A stretch of DNA of 64,000 nt, taken from NCBI GenBank assembly GCA_963801825.1, contig CAWDGI010000002.1, forward strand, positions 85,155 through 149,154. The letters run 5' to 3'. Origin of the DNA: Parachlamydiales bacterium (GTDB lineage Bacteria > Chlamydiota > Chlamydiia > Chlamydiales > Parachlamydiaceae). How positions within the stretch are numbered: position 1 is the first letter of the stretch; each line of letters opens with the position of its first letter. This document shows positions 18,946-29,559 of the stretch, one piece after another. Both the position numbers and the translations under genes were made by a program. Below the pieces are notes generated by a model. The model was not told where the DNA came from. It saw only the letters and a list, made by a program, of their open reading frames with translations, and made no database searches.

Positions 18946-20349
18946 TCAAAAACTCGCCGGTCCTTTTATTTTATTGAGTCCATTCAAAGCTGCGATGCGA
19001 TATCCTTCTGCATAGGTGGGATAATTGAAGACATGGTCGATAAAATAATCGATGGGGGCGCGAAAACTAATCGCCATTTGTCCAATATGAATGACTTCGG
19101 CCGCATTGCGGCCAATCACATGTACCCCCAAAATCTCCTTCGTTTCAGCATGAAAAAGAATTTTTAACAAACCGGAGGTGGTTCCGGCAATGTGGCTACG
19201 AGCAATTTCATAAAAATGGGCCCTTCCCACTTCATAATGAAATCCCATCGATTGTAAAGCCTCTTCGGTAAATCCGCAGGAAGAAATTTCGGGAATGGTA
19301 TAGATCCCAATGGGATAAACTTTAGGAAAATAATGGGTTTCGACCCCGCAAGCATGACAAGCGGACAATCGTCCCTGCTCCATCCCTGTGGACGCTAAAC
19401 AAGGCCCCCCAATCACATCTCCGACGGCATAGATATGGGACAGCGAGGTCTGGAAGAGAGGATTGACAGGAATATATCCTTTTGGATCACTCTTCACTCC
19501 AATATTCTCGAGATGCAATCCTTCTACATTCGCTGTACGCCCGAGGGCATATAATAAAACCTCTGCTTCCAGCGTTGAGCCATCCTTAAAGCGAACAAAG
19601 GCATGATCTTCCACTCGCCTGATCTCGATCGGCTCCTTTCTCCCCTTAAATTTCAACCCAATATCCACTAAGGCCGTCTGAAGATGAATCCCAATCTCTG
19701 TATCCAACATCGGAAGCATATGCTCTTTGCGATCAATCACCGTCACTTCTGTCCCAAGAGCCGCAAAAAAACTGGCATATTCAGATCCGATAATTCCTCC
19801 CCCTAAAACCAACATGGTTTTGGGAATTCGCCCGATCCGCAATAAAGTCGTGGAATCCAAAATCACTTCTTGATCAAAAGGAACATCAGGCGGATGGCGA
19901 GGATTGGATCCCGTCGCAATAACAAAAAAGTCGGCTTGAATCTGATATTTGAGACGATAATTTTGGTCCACCACAATGAGGGTATTTTGATTCTCAAAAC
20001 GAACTGCTCCTTGAATAAATTGAATCCCATTTTTTCTAAATTGACGAACAATAATATTGCGCTCTTCTTCTATGACCGTATGGAGACGAAAATTTAGCTC
20101 TTTAAAGGTCACTTCCGGCATAATAAATTCTTTTCCTTCAAAGTGCCGCTCATAAAAACGGGTTAAATCCACGACCGCTTCTCTAAATGTTTTGGATGGA
20201 ATCGTCCCCGAATAAAGACAAGCCCCTCCGGGATCTGGATCTCGATCGACGACAATCACCCGCCTTCCCAATTTAATCGCCTGTATCGCCGCCTTTTGAC
20301 CCGACGGACCCGATCCAATAATCACAATATCAGCTGAGAGATCTTCCAT
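18946..20349 (-). CDS. sthA: soluble pyridine nucleotide transhydrogenase-like flavoprotein (SthA/UdhA family)
   Basis: GGACLYSGTIPSK (a single Cys, as in SthA rather than Lpd). C-terminal block IYTIPEISSCG...YEVGRA...KILFH...EILGVH...NYPTYAEGYRIAALNG is collinear with E. coli SthA. Confidence 0.75.
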   Translation of the reverse strand: MEDLSADIVIIGSGPSGQKAAIQAIKLGRRVIVVDRDPDPGGACLYSGTIPSKTFREAVVDLTRFYERHFEGKEFIMPEVTFKELNFRLHTVIEEERNIIVRQFRKNGIQFIQGAVRFENQNTLIVVDQNYRLKYQIQADFFVIATGSNPRHPPDVPFDQEVILDSTTLLRIGRIPKTMLVLGGGIIGSEYASFFAALGTEVTVIDRKEHMLPMLDTEIGIHLQTALVDIGLKFKGRKEPIEIRRVEDHAFVRFKDGSTLEAEVLLYALGRTANVEGLHLENIGVKSDPKGYIPVNPLFQTSLSHIYAVGDVIGGPCLASTGMEQGRLSACHACGVETHYFPKVYPIGIYTIPEISSCGFTEEALQSMGFHYEVGRAHFYEIARSHIAGTTSGLLKILFHAETKEILGVHVIGRNAAEVIHIGQMAISFRAPIDYFIDHVFNYPTYAEGYRIAALNGLNKIKGPASF

Positions 20350-20487
20350 AGAATCCTGTAAAAAATATGAATATAGGGAGTTTTAATTCCCCCATAAATG
20401 AAAAAACTCTAACTTTCAACCTGAATTTGCCCAATTGCCAGTTAATTATAAAAAAATTATAATAGTAAGAGAAAGGAGAGAGGATTT

Positions 20488-20727
20488 ATGTCAAAATTTA
20501 ACTACTCTAAAGCTGAAAAAGCGTTTGATTCCTCTTTAAAAAAACTCTCTGATGATCACTGGAAGAATCAAATCTTATCTGAGAAAGGGAAAGAAGCTCC
20601 ATTAAAACAGGAGAGCACTCCCTTAGAAGGTTCTGAGGAAGAAAATGAAAAACAAGTGACTAAAGAGAGAAAAAAACACGTTCATAAACGCTTTAATATC
20701 AAAGAAGGTTGGCTTCCCTTAAAATAA
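20488..20727 (+). CDS. hypothetical K/E-rich small protein
   Basis: 79-aa ORF with a GGAG-type ribosome-binding site (aaaggagagaggattt ATG). Confidence 0.35.
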   Translation: MSKFNYSKAEKAFDSSLKKLSDDHWKNQILSEKGKEAPLKQESTPLEGSEEENEKQVTKERKKHVHKRFNIKEGWLPLK

Positions 20728-20806
20728 TAAGAGTTTTTCTTGCCGATTAAGAGATTTCCTGCTATATTTGCTCTTTTCATCATCGAGCCCTCTTTGGAGA
20801 ACATTT

Positions 20807-21082
20807 ATGTCAAAAGTTTGTCAAGTGACCGGTAAAAAACCCGCCCGCGGCTATAAATATGCCATTCGGGGAATCGCAAAAAAGAAAAAAGGGATCGGTC
20901 TTAAAGTCACAGGAAAAACAAAGCGACGCTTTCAACCTAATCTTTTTAAGAAAAGATTTTGGTTCCCAGAAGAAAATCGCTTCATCAGCTTAAGGCTATC
21001 CACAGCCGCCATGCGAACCATCGACCGCTTAGGCGTTGCTGCCGTTGTCCAGCAAATGCGGGCGGCTGGTAAGTCTATTTAG
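20807..21082 (+). CDS. rpmB: 50S ribosomal protein L28
   Basis: [12 protein letters not shown]....[39 protein letters not shown] matches the L28 family. GGAG ribosome-binding site upstream of the ATG at 20807. Confidence 0.85.
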   Translation: MSKVCQVTGKKPARGYKYAIRGIAKKKKGIGLKVTGKTKRRFQPNLFKKRFWFPEENRFISLRLSTAAMRTIDRLGVAAVVQQMRAAGKSI

Positions 21083-21117
21083 ATTTTATTTCTCCCAAAA
21101 GCTTGGAAAATTAAATG

Positions 21118-21150
21118 CAAGGACCGCCTAAGATCCTTGTTTTTCTATTT
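21118..21150 (+). terminator. terminator hairpin (CAAGGA/TCCTTG) plus TTTTTCT
   Basis: Directly downstream of rpmB. Confidence 0.5.
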
Positions 21151-21245
21151 TAAAAAAAATTTTCCTAATTGAAAATAATTGCCAATAAATTTATAATTTA
21201 ATATAAACAAAAAACATCTTAAGAATAATTAAAAGAGTTAAAACC

Positions 21246-22454
21246 ATGATCCCTGCCTTCTCTTCTCATTCTATCCAGGATTTAGTCCAGGATACCGCTG
21301 GTCCCAAACAACAAAAATATTTATCCCTGGCTCTCATTCGCATTCTAGGGCCAAATACCGATTCTTTCCTCACAAAACAGTTAACCTCTGACCAGCGGAA
21401 AAGAATCCAAAATGAGATCAAAAAGCTAGAAAAAGTTAAAGAAAAGAAAACAAATAAAAAAATTTCAAAGCAGATAAGTGCGGAAAAACTGATCGCCGAA
21501 TTAAGAAAAAACCCTGTAGACCTCAAAACAGCCACTCCCATAGAAAAAGAGAGTTTATTAGAAGATTACTACCAAATTGCAGGCTGTAAAATCGCTTATG
21601 GAGCGTGGCAAGTCGGAGATAAAATTCTAGGCCCTCATCCTGATCTTCCAGATTATCAAGTCCACAAGATTATTAAAAATAAGAAGGGTTTACAGCTTGT
21701 CTGCTTAATTCCTACAACCCCAAATCCAGATTGCGGTCCTATTATCTGCTGCCGAGGCACCACCTCCAACCCCCATAATTGGGTGGATGATATGAAAAAA
21801 AATATCGGCCTCTATAGTGTCGGTGACTCATTAGAAGAAGTCTCGGAGACTCTTAAAGAAATGACCAATGAATATGGCCCCTCAGTCATCACAGGACATA
21901 GCTTGGGAGGAGCAGTCGCTCAAATCGTCACCACAAAATGTTTTGATGCTTGTCTTGATCAGAGTGAGCAACCTTGTATTAAGGCCCTCTATACCTTTAA
22001 CTCTCCGGGGGCCGGAGAAAACATCAAGCAAGAATATAAACAGAAAAAAACGCAACATCCCTTGCTTGCTCCCACCGTTCATTATTATTATCATGTCGGA
22101 GATGTGGTCGTCTTAGCAGGAAGAGGACGCATCCCCGCCACAAAGAAGATTAAGTTAGGGGCCTACTCCTTCCTCTCCTTTTTATATTCTCCTATCCAGA
22201 CCCTTCGAAATGCCCATTCCTGGAAGCATCGCGTTTCCCAATTCAGAAAAGAAGGAGCCTATGAAGCGGTTTCTCATCTCAGCTCTTCCCTTGAAAAACT
22301 GATCCGAGCCGTCTCTGAGTTTTTTCGAAGAGCTTTTGGGATCATTGCCCATCGAATTATTCTGTTTCACATCGAACAAAGAAAGCAGGAAAAACTAGCG
22401 GCAAAGCAGCTACAACAAAAGTTGTTTGCTACTCCGCTTGTCCCGCTGGCTTAA
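21246..22454 (+). CDS. lipase class-3 / alpha-beta hydrolase family protein with N-terminal K/E-rich coiled-coil
   Basis: GHSLGGAVAQ nucleophile-elbow motif (GxSxG). 402 aa. Resembles eukaryotic-type lipases found in amoeba symbionts. Confidence 0.6.
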   Translation: MIPAFSSHSIQDLVQDTAGPKQQKYLSLALIRILGPNTDSFLTKQLTSDQRKRIQNEIKKLEKVKEKKTNKKISKQISAEKLIAELRKNPVDLKTATPIEKESLLEDYYQIAGCKIAYGAWQVGDKILGPHPDLPDYQVHKIIKNKKGLQLVCLIPTTPNPDCGPIICCRGTTSNPHNWVDDMKKNIGLYSVGDSLEEVSETLKEMTNEYGPSVITGHSLGGAVAQIVTTKCFDACLDQSEQPCIKALYTFNSPGAGENIKQEYKQKKTQHPLLAPTVHYYYHVGDVVVLAGRGRIPATKKIKLGAYSFLSFLYSPIQTLRNAHSWKHRVSQFRKEGAYEAVSHLSSSLEKLIRAVSEFFRRAFGIIAHRIILFHIEQRKQEKLAAKQLQQKLFATPLVPLA

Positions 22455-22568
22455 AAAAATCTATTTCTTAATTTCCTGTAATCCCTTAAAGCTTTGAAAG
22501 AGCAACCAAACTCTTAGCAGAGAAGGGACCATTGAAATCCCCTTGGTTTATCAAAAAAGAGGTGTTTT

Positions 22569-23546
22569 ATGCGGCGATTGCAACTCATAGCTAATGGTGA
22601 ACCTTTTGATGTCATCAAACTCAACACAGTCGATGAACAGGCGCTTGGCCCGGAGGATGTTCTCATCTCGATGGAAGCAGCATCGATCAATCCATCGGAC
22701 TTTCTGCTCGTCCGTGGCATGTACGCAGTCAAAACAATCTTTCCATTCTCGCTCGGTGCTGAGGGCGTTGGTCGTGTCATCAAAATGGGCTCAAAGGTTG
22801 ATGTCACTTTAAAAGGTAGGCGAGTCCTGATTCTTCCGAACTACGAGCAGGGCACGTGGGCAGATCAAGTTGTTGTCCCGGTGCGCAACATCGTGAGGAT
22901 AAGCGACGAAGCAGATCCCTTGCAACTTGCGATGATAGGGATTAACCCTGCTACAGCCTATCTCTTGATGCACCAATATGTTTCCCTGATGCCTGGCGAT
23001 TGGATCGGTCAAACTGCTGCTAACTCTGCCATGGGGCAGTATATCATTGACTTCGCTAAGTTGGCAGGAGTCAAGACGCTGAATGTCGTTCGCCGCCAGG
23101 AGGCTGCCAAACAAGTGCAGCAGCTTGGAGGTGACCGCGTAGTAATCCAAGGCGATAACTTGCGTAAGGATATTGACGAAGCTCTCGGCGGAAAAAAACT
23201 TAGCCTGGTGCTCGATACAGTGGGCGGAATTCCAGCGGGAGAGTTGGCCAAGTCGCTCAAACCCGGCGGTTCGATTGTTAGCTATGCCTTTCAAGATGGG
23301 TACCCTGCCTTGTCTCCTGACTTCTTGTTCCATAATCTTAGCCATCACGGATTCTGGCTCATTAATTGGATACGCAATGCCCCTCGCATAGAGATCCAAG
23401 AAATTTACCAGAAGCTAAGTGACTTCATAGTTGATGGATCCCTCTCGGCAAAAGTGCAGAATGTGTACCCTCTTGAGCATTTCAATGAGGCAATAGAAGA
23501 ATCTTTGAAATCGAATCGGAGCGGAAAGATCCTGTTTAAATTTTGA
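22569..23546 (+). CDS. MDR-superfamily NAD(P)H-dependent oxidoreductase (quinone oxidoreductase / enoyl reductase-like)
   Basis: 325 aa with a GroES-like N-terminal region and a Rossmann glycine motif (ANSAMGQYIIDFAKLAGVKT). Strong AAGAGGTG ribosome-binding site. Confidence 0.65.
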   Translation: MRRLQLIANGEPFDVIKLNTVDEQALGPEDVLISMEAASINPSDFLLVRGMYAVKTIFPFSLGAEGVGRVIKMGSKVDVTLKGRRVLILPNYEQGTWADQVVVPVRNIVRISDEADPLQLAMIGINPATAYLLMHQYVSLMPGDWIGQTAANSAMGQYIIDFAKLAGVKTLNVVRRQEAAKQVQQLGGDRVVIQGDNLRKDIDEALGGKKLSLVLDTVGGIPAGELAKSLKPGGSIVSYAFQDGYPALSPDFLFHNLSHHGFWLINWIRNAPRIEIQEIYQKLSDFIVDGSLSAKVQNVYPLEHFNEAIEESLKSNRSGKILFKF

Positions 23547-23600
23547 GGACTAAAACGAAATGTACAAAGTCGAGCTTTGGACTTTAAACTCTTCTCTTGT

Positions 23601-24357
23601 TCAGGCGTTTATCCCACCGTCTACAGTCAAATTCGCACCATTGATGTATGACGATTCTGGGCCGGCGAGAAAAGCGACAAGCGACGCTACCTCTTCCGCT
23701 TTCCCATACCGATCAAGTGGAACATGTGCTATCTGGACTGCGGCCCACTCGCCTGAGGCGGGATTAAGCTCTGTGTCGATTGGACCGGGCTGGACATTAT
23801 TGACCGTAATACCACGTGCTCCAAGCTCACGGGCCAGGCCTTGTGTGAACATTTTGATGGCTCCTTTGGTTGCAGAATAAGGGGCCATGGCAGGCATAAA
23901 CACTCGCTCGCCCACGCAAGAGCCAATCATGATAATTCGTCCGCCTGGCTTCATATGCTTAAGCGCCGCCTGGGTCGCCACAAAGGTACCCGCGAACGTT
24001 GACTGCAAAAACGAGGTCAAACTCGTCAAGAGTTGTCTCCTCAATATCTTCGGAATGGCTATACCGGCATTGTTCACCAGCACGTCAAGCCGACCGAATG
24101 AAGAGACCGTTTTGTCGACGCCGTTTTTCACTGCATTAGCGTCGGAAGCGTCCGCCTGAATCGCAATCGCTTTTCCGCCGGATTGTTCAATCGCCTTTGA
24201 CAACAGAGGCCGCGGCATCAGCACCTTTCGAGTATGTGAGTGCAACACTTGCCCCCTCGGCGGCCAGACGTTTTGCAATGGCGGCACCGATGCCGCGCGA
24301 GCCGCCGGTTACAAGAGCTACTTTGCCTTTTAGAGTATTTTCATTTTTGTTGTTCAT
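23601..24357 (-). CDS. short-chain dehydrogenase/reductase (SDR); N-terminal part in another frame (frameshift ~24195)
   Basis: Reverse translation from 24357 gives [50 protein letters not shown]. After a 1-nt shift it continues [16 protein letters not shown]…NNAGI…YSATKGA (catalytic YxxxK). Confidence 0.7.
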
Positions 24358-24394
24358 TTGTTTTACCCTCTTTTTGTGGAGTAGATTATTTTAC

Positions 24395-24553
24395 TGGACT
24401 TCGGACATTTTAAGGGGTCGCTAAACGCAAGATTTTGAGCTATAGCGCGTTAAAATTTTTTTACCAACCTTCATTTGGGTTGGTAAAAAAATTTTAACGC
24501 GCTATAGCTCAAAAGATTGCATTTATCGACCCCTTAAAATGTCCGAAGTCCAG
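24395..24553. repeat. element A hairpin MITE copy 2 with 7-bp target-site duplication TATTTTA
   Basis: ctggacttcggacattttaaggggtcgctaaacgcaag…cttaaaatgtccgaagtccag, flanked by tatttta on both sides. Confidence 0.85.
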
Positions 24554-24680
24554 TATTTTATAGTGTAAACAAAATTTACAGCTTTGGTTTCCCTTAAGCT
24601 AGACCATTCTTAGGGTGAACCCTAGAAAGTTTAACTTGCTTTTAGGTTCCGCAAGATTCACAACTTTGGTCTTTTAATGA

Positions 24681-26750
24681 CTAACTAATTTCTGCTCCAG
24701 GAGGCAGCTGATTGACAAAGAGAAGCTCCAACCGCCCGCTCTCGCTTCCTGCTAGTAACATCCCCTCACTTTGGATCCCCATCAGCGTAGCCGGCTTCAA
24801 ATTTGCCACCACCACAATCGATCGTCCAACGAGATCTTCCGGACGATAAAACTCCCCAACGCCAGAAACAATGGTTCTCTCTTCAAGCCCAATATCGACG
24901 GTGAGTTTCAGAAGCTTCTTGCTCTTCGAAACACGCTCCCCCTGCCGAATCACTCCCACCCGCAAATCGAGTTTTTTAAACTCCTCGATCCCCATTTGAG
25001 GCTTCAAAGGAGCTAGGGCCGTCGAATTCTCAGCCTGAGGAGCGCCCCCCTCTTTTTTTGCTTGCTGCTGAGAAAGTTGATGAAGCTTTTTCATCTCCTC
25101 TTCCATTTCGCTATCCTCCACTTTTCTAAATAGAAGAGTCGGCGCAAGAAGAGATTGACCCACCGGGATCTCTTTCTCTGCCATCTCCTTCCATCCTTGT
25201 GTTTGAATCGATGTTTGATATCCTAACATTTTTCGAATTTCTTCCGAGGCAGAAGGAATAATCGGAGCAGAAATCAAGGCCATCGCTTTCAGACATTCTA
25301 GACAACAAGAGAGGGTCGTTTCTAAACGGGCATGCCCCTCCTCCTGCTTTGCATCCAGCCAAGGACGTTTTGCGTCAAAATAGACATTCCCTAGCTGGGC
25401 CAACTCCATGATGAGCTGACAGGCACGGCGCAGCTTAAACTGTTCAAAACTCTCTGCCGCTTGGGTGATCAAGAGCTGGATATTCTTTAAAAACTCCTCA
25501 TCTATGGCTTCCACCGCTTTTCTAGGAGGCACCCGCCCCCCACAATGACGATGAGTAAAGACCAGAACACGGTTCACTAAGTTACCATATTTTCCAACTA
25601 GATCAGTATTGCATCGCAATTGGAAATCCTTCCATGTAAACTCGCTGTCCGCCGTCTCCGGGGCATTCGCTGCAAGAACATAGCGAATCTGATCGCTGCT
25701 ATATTTTTTCAAGAAATCCTCTAGATCAATGAACCATCCATCTGATTTGCTAAATTGTCTCCCCTCCAGTTTATAAAACTCGTTTGCAGGCAACTCATCG
25801 ACTAAAAGATAAGGCTGGTTTTGCCCCATGATCATGGCAGGAAAAATCGCCGCATGAAACGGGATATTATCTTTCCCGATAAACTGCACCAGCTTGGTCT
25901 CTTTTCCGAACCAGTATTCTTTCCAACGCTCCGGCTGCTGAATCTTTTGGGCCCATTCCTTTGTTGCAGAGATATATCCAATGGGAGCATCAAACCAGAC
26001 ATAAAGCACCTTGCCCTCCGTACCGGCAAGAGGAATTGGAATTCCCCAAGAACTGTCCCGTGTAATGGCACGAGGACGGAGCTGATCGATATAATCCCTA
26101 ATAAAGTGGAGGACATTGGGCTTCCATTGCTTTCCCTCTAGCCACTGATTCAACCTCTCTTTGAACCGCTCTAACAATAAAAACCAATGTTTAGTGGGGC
26201 GAAGAGCTAAGGGAGCTCCCGTGAGCTTAGAGCGCGGATGTTTTAACTCCGTCGCATCGTAGCTTGCCCCACACTGGGGACATTCATCCCCTCTGGCATT
26301 CTCAAATCCGCACCGGGGACACGTTCCAACAACATACCGATCCGCCAAGAATTTATGGTCTTTTTCCGAGTAGAGCTGATCGGTCACTCGTGCTTCAATG
26401 TCCCCATTGGCAAGTAAATCTTTAAAAAATTCCTGAGTAGTCTCCTGATGCCCCTCCCATGTCGTCCGGGAATAATGATCAAAAGAAATGCCGAGCTTCT
26501 CAAAGAAATCGCGGTTGATGGCATGAAAAATATTCACATGTTCTTGGGGCGTTCTCCCCGCTAACTCTGCACTCAATGTAATGGCAATCCCATATTCATC
26601 CGAGCCGCAAATATATAAAACGTCTCGATGCATGAGTCGCTGAAAGCGAACATAACAATCGGCCGGAAGATAAGCTCCCGCGAGATGACCGAAGTGAAGA
26701 GGGCCATTGGCATAAGGGAGTGCGGAAGTGACTAAAATTTTTTGTTTCAT
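24681..26750 (-). CDS. metG: methionyl-tRNA synthetase with C-terminal EMAP-like tRNA-binding domain
   Basis: HFGHLAGAYLPADCY (HIGH motif), CPRCG zinc knuckles and the KxSKS-class motif FSKS (QFSKSDGW). 689 aa. Confidence 0.9.
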   Translation of the reverse strand: MKQKILVTSALPYANGPLHFGHLAGAYLPADCYVRFQRLMHRDVLYICGSDEYGIAITLSAELAGRTPQEHVNIFHAINRDFFEKLGISFDHYSRTTWEGHQETTQEFFKDLLANGDIEARVTDQLYSEKDHKFLADRYVVGTCPRCGFENARGDECPQCGASYDATELKHPRSKLTGAPLALRPTKHWFLLLERFKERLNQWLEGKQWKPNVLHFIRDYIDQLRPRAITRDSSWGIPIPLAGTEGKVLYVWFDAPIGYISATKEWAQKIQQPERWKEYWFGKETKLVQFIGKDNIPFHAAIFPAMIMGQNQPYLLVDELPANEFYKLEGRQFSKSDGWFIDLEDFLKKYSSDQIRYVLAANAPETADSEFTWKDFQLRCNTDLVGKYGNLVNRVLVFTHRHCGGRVPPRKAVEAIDEEFLKNIQLLITQAAESFEQFKLRRACQLIMELAQLGNVYFDAKRPWLDAKQEEGHARLETTLSCCLECLKAMALISAPIIPSASEEIRKMLGYQTSIQTQGWKEMAEKEIPVGQSLLAPTLLFRKVEDSEMEEEMKKLHQLSQQQAKKEGGAPQAENSTALAPLKPQMGIEEFKKLDLRVGVIRQGERVSKSKKLLKLTVDIGLEERTIVSGVGEFYRPEDLVGRSIVVVANLKPATLMGIQSEGMLLAGSESGRLELLFVNQLPPGAEIS

Positions 26751-26759
26751 GTGTCAACT

Positions 26760-27347
26760 CTAACGAACGGGTTTTTGAACAATTAAGACTTCTAAAAAGG
26801 TTTCAGGCACTTGTTTCCACCCCAGCAAGACCTTTGTCTCTAAATCCACATAAAGAGGACCCGGCCGAGTGTAGGCATACTCCGGCTCAATGCCTCGAGG
26901 AGAAGGAATCGGAGAAGAAAAAGCGGTTTGAAACCCTTCCAACATCCCCTCATGGGCACGGCGAATCTCTTCTTGCTGCTCTTTCCCTAAACTTCCCCAA
27001 GACACATAAAGACCCGGGTATCTTTTCCGCAAAAAATTCCAATCGACATTAATCGAATCCCAAAGAGTCATACAATCGGGAAAAAGACGTCCCGTTTCCC
27101 GACAAAAGGCCGCTCGGTTTAAGCTAAAAACAGGATTATCATATTGCCGGATTTCACTCATGAAACGAAGCACTCGTTCAGCAGAATAATAGGGAAGCTC
27201 GGAGGCCCGGCGAAGGGGAAGCCCTGTATAAGGACTGATGGCTTTAGAGCGTTGTGAAGACTTTAACCCCCACCAAAAGAGCCCGATGAACAACACCAAA
27301 GCAAAGATTAAGAGAATCGGAAGCAGAGCCCCCCATAGATCAGACAT
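26760..27347 (-). CDS. hypothetical membrane-anchored protein
   Basis: N-terminal transmembrane segment LLPILLIFALVLFIGLFWWGL. 195 aa. Tightly linked to metG. Confidence 0.45.
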   Translation of the reverse strand: MSDLWGALLPILLIFALVLFIGLFWWGLKSSQRSKAISPYTGLPLRRASELPYYSAERVLRFMSEIRQYDNPVFSLNRAAFCRETGRLFPDCMTLWDSINVDWNFLRKRYPGLYVSWGSLGKEQQEEIRRAHEGMLEGFQTAFSSPIPSPRGIEPEYAYTRPGPLYVDLETKVLLGWKQVPETFLEVLIVQKPVR

Positions 27348-27368
27348 AAGAATGCTGAATCGGTCTAT

Positions 27369-27704
27369 CTATTCTTCTCTCCTTTCTTCCTTTCTTTCGG
27401 TTTCATAAATGGGCGTGGGCTGCAAATCCTCTTTAAAAATAAAAGAGCTTTGCGAGGAAGCCTCTTGAGTGTCAGATTCTTTAGACTCTAAATTTTTATC
27501 AAGAAAGTCGTTGCCGGCCATGATATCTTCTATAACCTGCATGGCTCGGTTGTTCACTTCCAATCCAGATCGAGAGTCTTGCCCTGTTCTAATCTTATTT
27601 TCAGCCAGTCTAATGGCATAATTCACAAGATCAAACTGATTTTTAAATCTTTTTGTTAATTCTTCATTTGTGAGAGGGGAGGAAATTTTTGCTCTTTTAT
27701 CCAT
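27369..27704 (-). CDS. rpoZ: DNA-directed RNA polymerase subunit omega (probable)
   Basis: Small protein directly downstream of gmk, the conserved gmk-rpoZ synteny. Core FDLVNYAIRLAENK resembles the omega motif FDLV..A.RRA. Confidence 0.5.
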   Translation of the reverse strand: MDKRAKISSPLTNEELTKRFKNQFDLVNYAIRLAENKIRTGQDSRSGLEVNNRAMQVIEDIMAGNDFLDKNLESKESDTQEASSQSSFIFKEDLQPTPIYETERKEERREE

Positions 27705-27719
27705 ACAACTCCTTTTAAA

Positions 27720-28328
27720 TCATATTCGCTGTTTCTCTGGACGATGGCATTCTGCGATGATGATACTTCTCAAGACTTGATAAGCAGTCTCCAAATCATC
27801 ATTGATCAGCTGGTAATCGTAATAAGGAATGGCTTGCAATTCCTTTTGAGCCCAATCAAGCCGCCTTTCTAACATGTCGGCTGTTTCGGTTCTCCGGCTG
27901 ATCAACCGTGCACGCAAGACATCGAGAGAAGGAGGAGAAAGAAAAATTAAAACCGCCGGAAAATGCCCTTTAAGCTGCAAAGCGCCCTGTGTATCAATGA
28001 CTAAGATAACATGCTTTCCCTGAGCCAGCCGCTCTTCTACCCACCTTCGGGAAGTGCCGTAGTAGATTCCATAAAGTTTAACATATTCGAGAAATTCTGT
28101 TGCAGCAATTTTTTTTTCAAATTCTGTTTCGCTGATAAAATGGTAATGGACCCCCTCTATTTCCTCCTCTCTCGGCAGGCGCGTGGTATAAGAAATGCTG
28201 GCAATGAGGGAGGGAGAAAACTCTTGCATCAGTTTTTGAACAAGAGTCGTCTTGCCGGTCCCCGCTGGGGCACTCAAGATAAACAATTGTCCTTTTTTTT
28301 GATCTCCTAAAAGAGGGTGAGAAGACAT
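27720..28328 (-). CDS. gmk: guanylate kinase
   Basis: LFILSAPAGTGKTTL P-loop. 202 aa, length and order typical of Gmk. Confidence 0.85.
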   Translation of the reverse strand: MSSHPLLGDQKKGQLFILSAPAGTGKTTLVQKLMQEFSPSLIASISYTTRLPREEEIEGVHYHFISETEFEKKIAATEFLEYVKLYGIYYGTSRRWVEERLAQGKHVILVIDTQGALQLKGHFPAVLIFLSPPSLDVLRARLISRRTETADMLERRLDWAQKELQAIPYYDYQLINDDLETAYQVLRSIIIAECHRPEKQRI

Positions 28329-28343
28329 GAGGAAATGAAATAA

Positions 28344-29225
28344 TTATTCGATGTTTTGAATCTGTTCGCGAATTCGTTCGAGTTCGCTCTTAATGTCAAT
28401 GACAGCACGGGCAATCTCCATATCAGACGATTTATTTCCCATGGTATTGACTTCCCGATTTAATTCCTGCAAAACAAATTCCAAGGTTTTTCCGACACTC
28501 AGTAGAGAAGATTGGATGAGTTCTTCAAAATGGGCTAGGTGACAATAAAACCGAGTGATTTCTTCTGCAATATCGACTTTTTCAGCATAAAGAGCAATTT
28601 CTCGGAGGATGCGCTCCTCATTTTCAATCCGACCCGGCAAAATCTCTTCAATGCGCGCGATCAGCTTGTCTCGAAATTTTTTAGGAGCATGAGGGGCTTT
28701 TTCTTCGATTAATTTTAAAGAGGAGCGGATTTTATTTAAGCGTTCGGTGATATCGAGTTGCAGCATGGCCCCTTCTTGCCTTTTCATGTTTAAAAAACGT
28801 TGGAGCGCTTCCAGCAGGACTTGCTTTAAGATCTGCCGATAGGTCTCTTCTTCCTCTCGATTGTCATCGTACCCCAATAACCCTTCTATGGAGGAGAGCA
28901 ATGAAAGGTCAAAGGGCTGCTCGATCTGTAAAGCCTTTCCAATCTCTTCCCACCCCTTTTTGACTTGGCGAGCCAACGGGAGATTGGGTTTGACGATCAG
29001 GGGGAGCCCCTTTTCAAAAAAGGCGTTCACCTTAACAGTCACTTGTCCTCTCGCTAAATGAGGGAGGAGCCATTTTTTTAGTTCGATATCGAATTGGCTC
29101 AGTTCGCGAGGAAGAATTACATTGACTTCGAGGAATTTGCGGTTGACCGATTGGATCTCAATGACAAAGTGACCGGCCTGTGTTGTCACATCGGCACGCC
29201 CATATGCCGTCATGCTTTTTAACAT
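28344..29225 (-). CDS. yicC: YicC-family stress-induced protein (DUF1732)
   Basis: MLKSMTAYGRA N-terminal signature. Conserved yicC-gmk-rpoZ arrangement. Confidence 0.75.
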   Translation of the reverse strand: MLKSMTAYGRADVTTQAGHFVIEIQSVNRKFLEVNVILPRELSQFDIELKKWLLPHLARGQVTVKVNAFFEKGLPLIVKPNLPLARQVKKGWEEIGKALQIEQPFDLSLLSSIEGLLGYDDNREEEETYRQILKQVLLEALQRFLNMKRQEGAMLQLDITERLNKIRSSLKLIEEKAPHAPKKFRDKLIARIEEILPGRIENEERILREIALYAEKVDIAEEITRFYCHLAHFEELIQSSLLSVGKTLEFVLQELNREVNTMGNKSSDMEIARAVIDIKSELERIREQIQNIE

Positions 29226-29459
29226 AGTTTTTTCTTTTAAAACGGTCTAGCTTCCACACTATAAGTGTATTTCCAGGCTGTAAAGCCTTAAAACAAGCTT
29301 CTAGTCCAGGTCTTGAATCTTTTTTGCTGGAAACATAGTCATGATAAAGACGCTCTTCATCTACACCAACACGCCAAGAGAGCATCTTTTTGTAAGTCGA
29401 GTGCTTGAGAACCATCATTTTTTGAAACTCTCATGTAACCGATGAGCATTTTCTTTTTG
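29225..29459 (-). pseudogene. remnant of serine recombinase/resolvase (N-terminal catalytic fragment, frameshifted and truncated)
   Basis: MLIGYMRVSKNDGSQALDLQKDALLA then, after a shift, …DSRPGLEACFKALQPGNTLIVWKLDRF. This matches the resolvase motifs GYARVS and LVVWKLDRLGRS. No C-terminal HTH remains. Confidence 0.65.
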
Positions 29460-29559
29460 CCTGCTAAAAAAGTTAGATGTATACTACCAAATTTAGCATT
29501 GTTTATTCAATGAGTTTTTATGACTTTCTGAATGCCGCTAGCGACCTCCGTTGTTTTTC

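Noticed and set aside
22809-23399. 196-aa and 97-aa minus-strand ORFs (22809-23399, 22514-22807).
   Set aside because: They are antisense to the well-supported MDR oxidoreductase gene.
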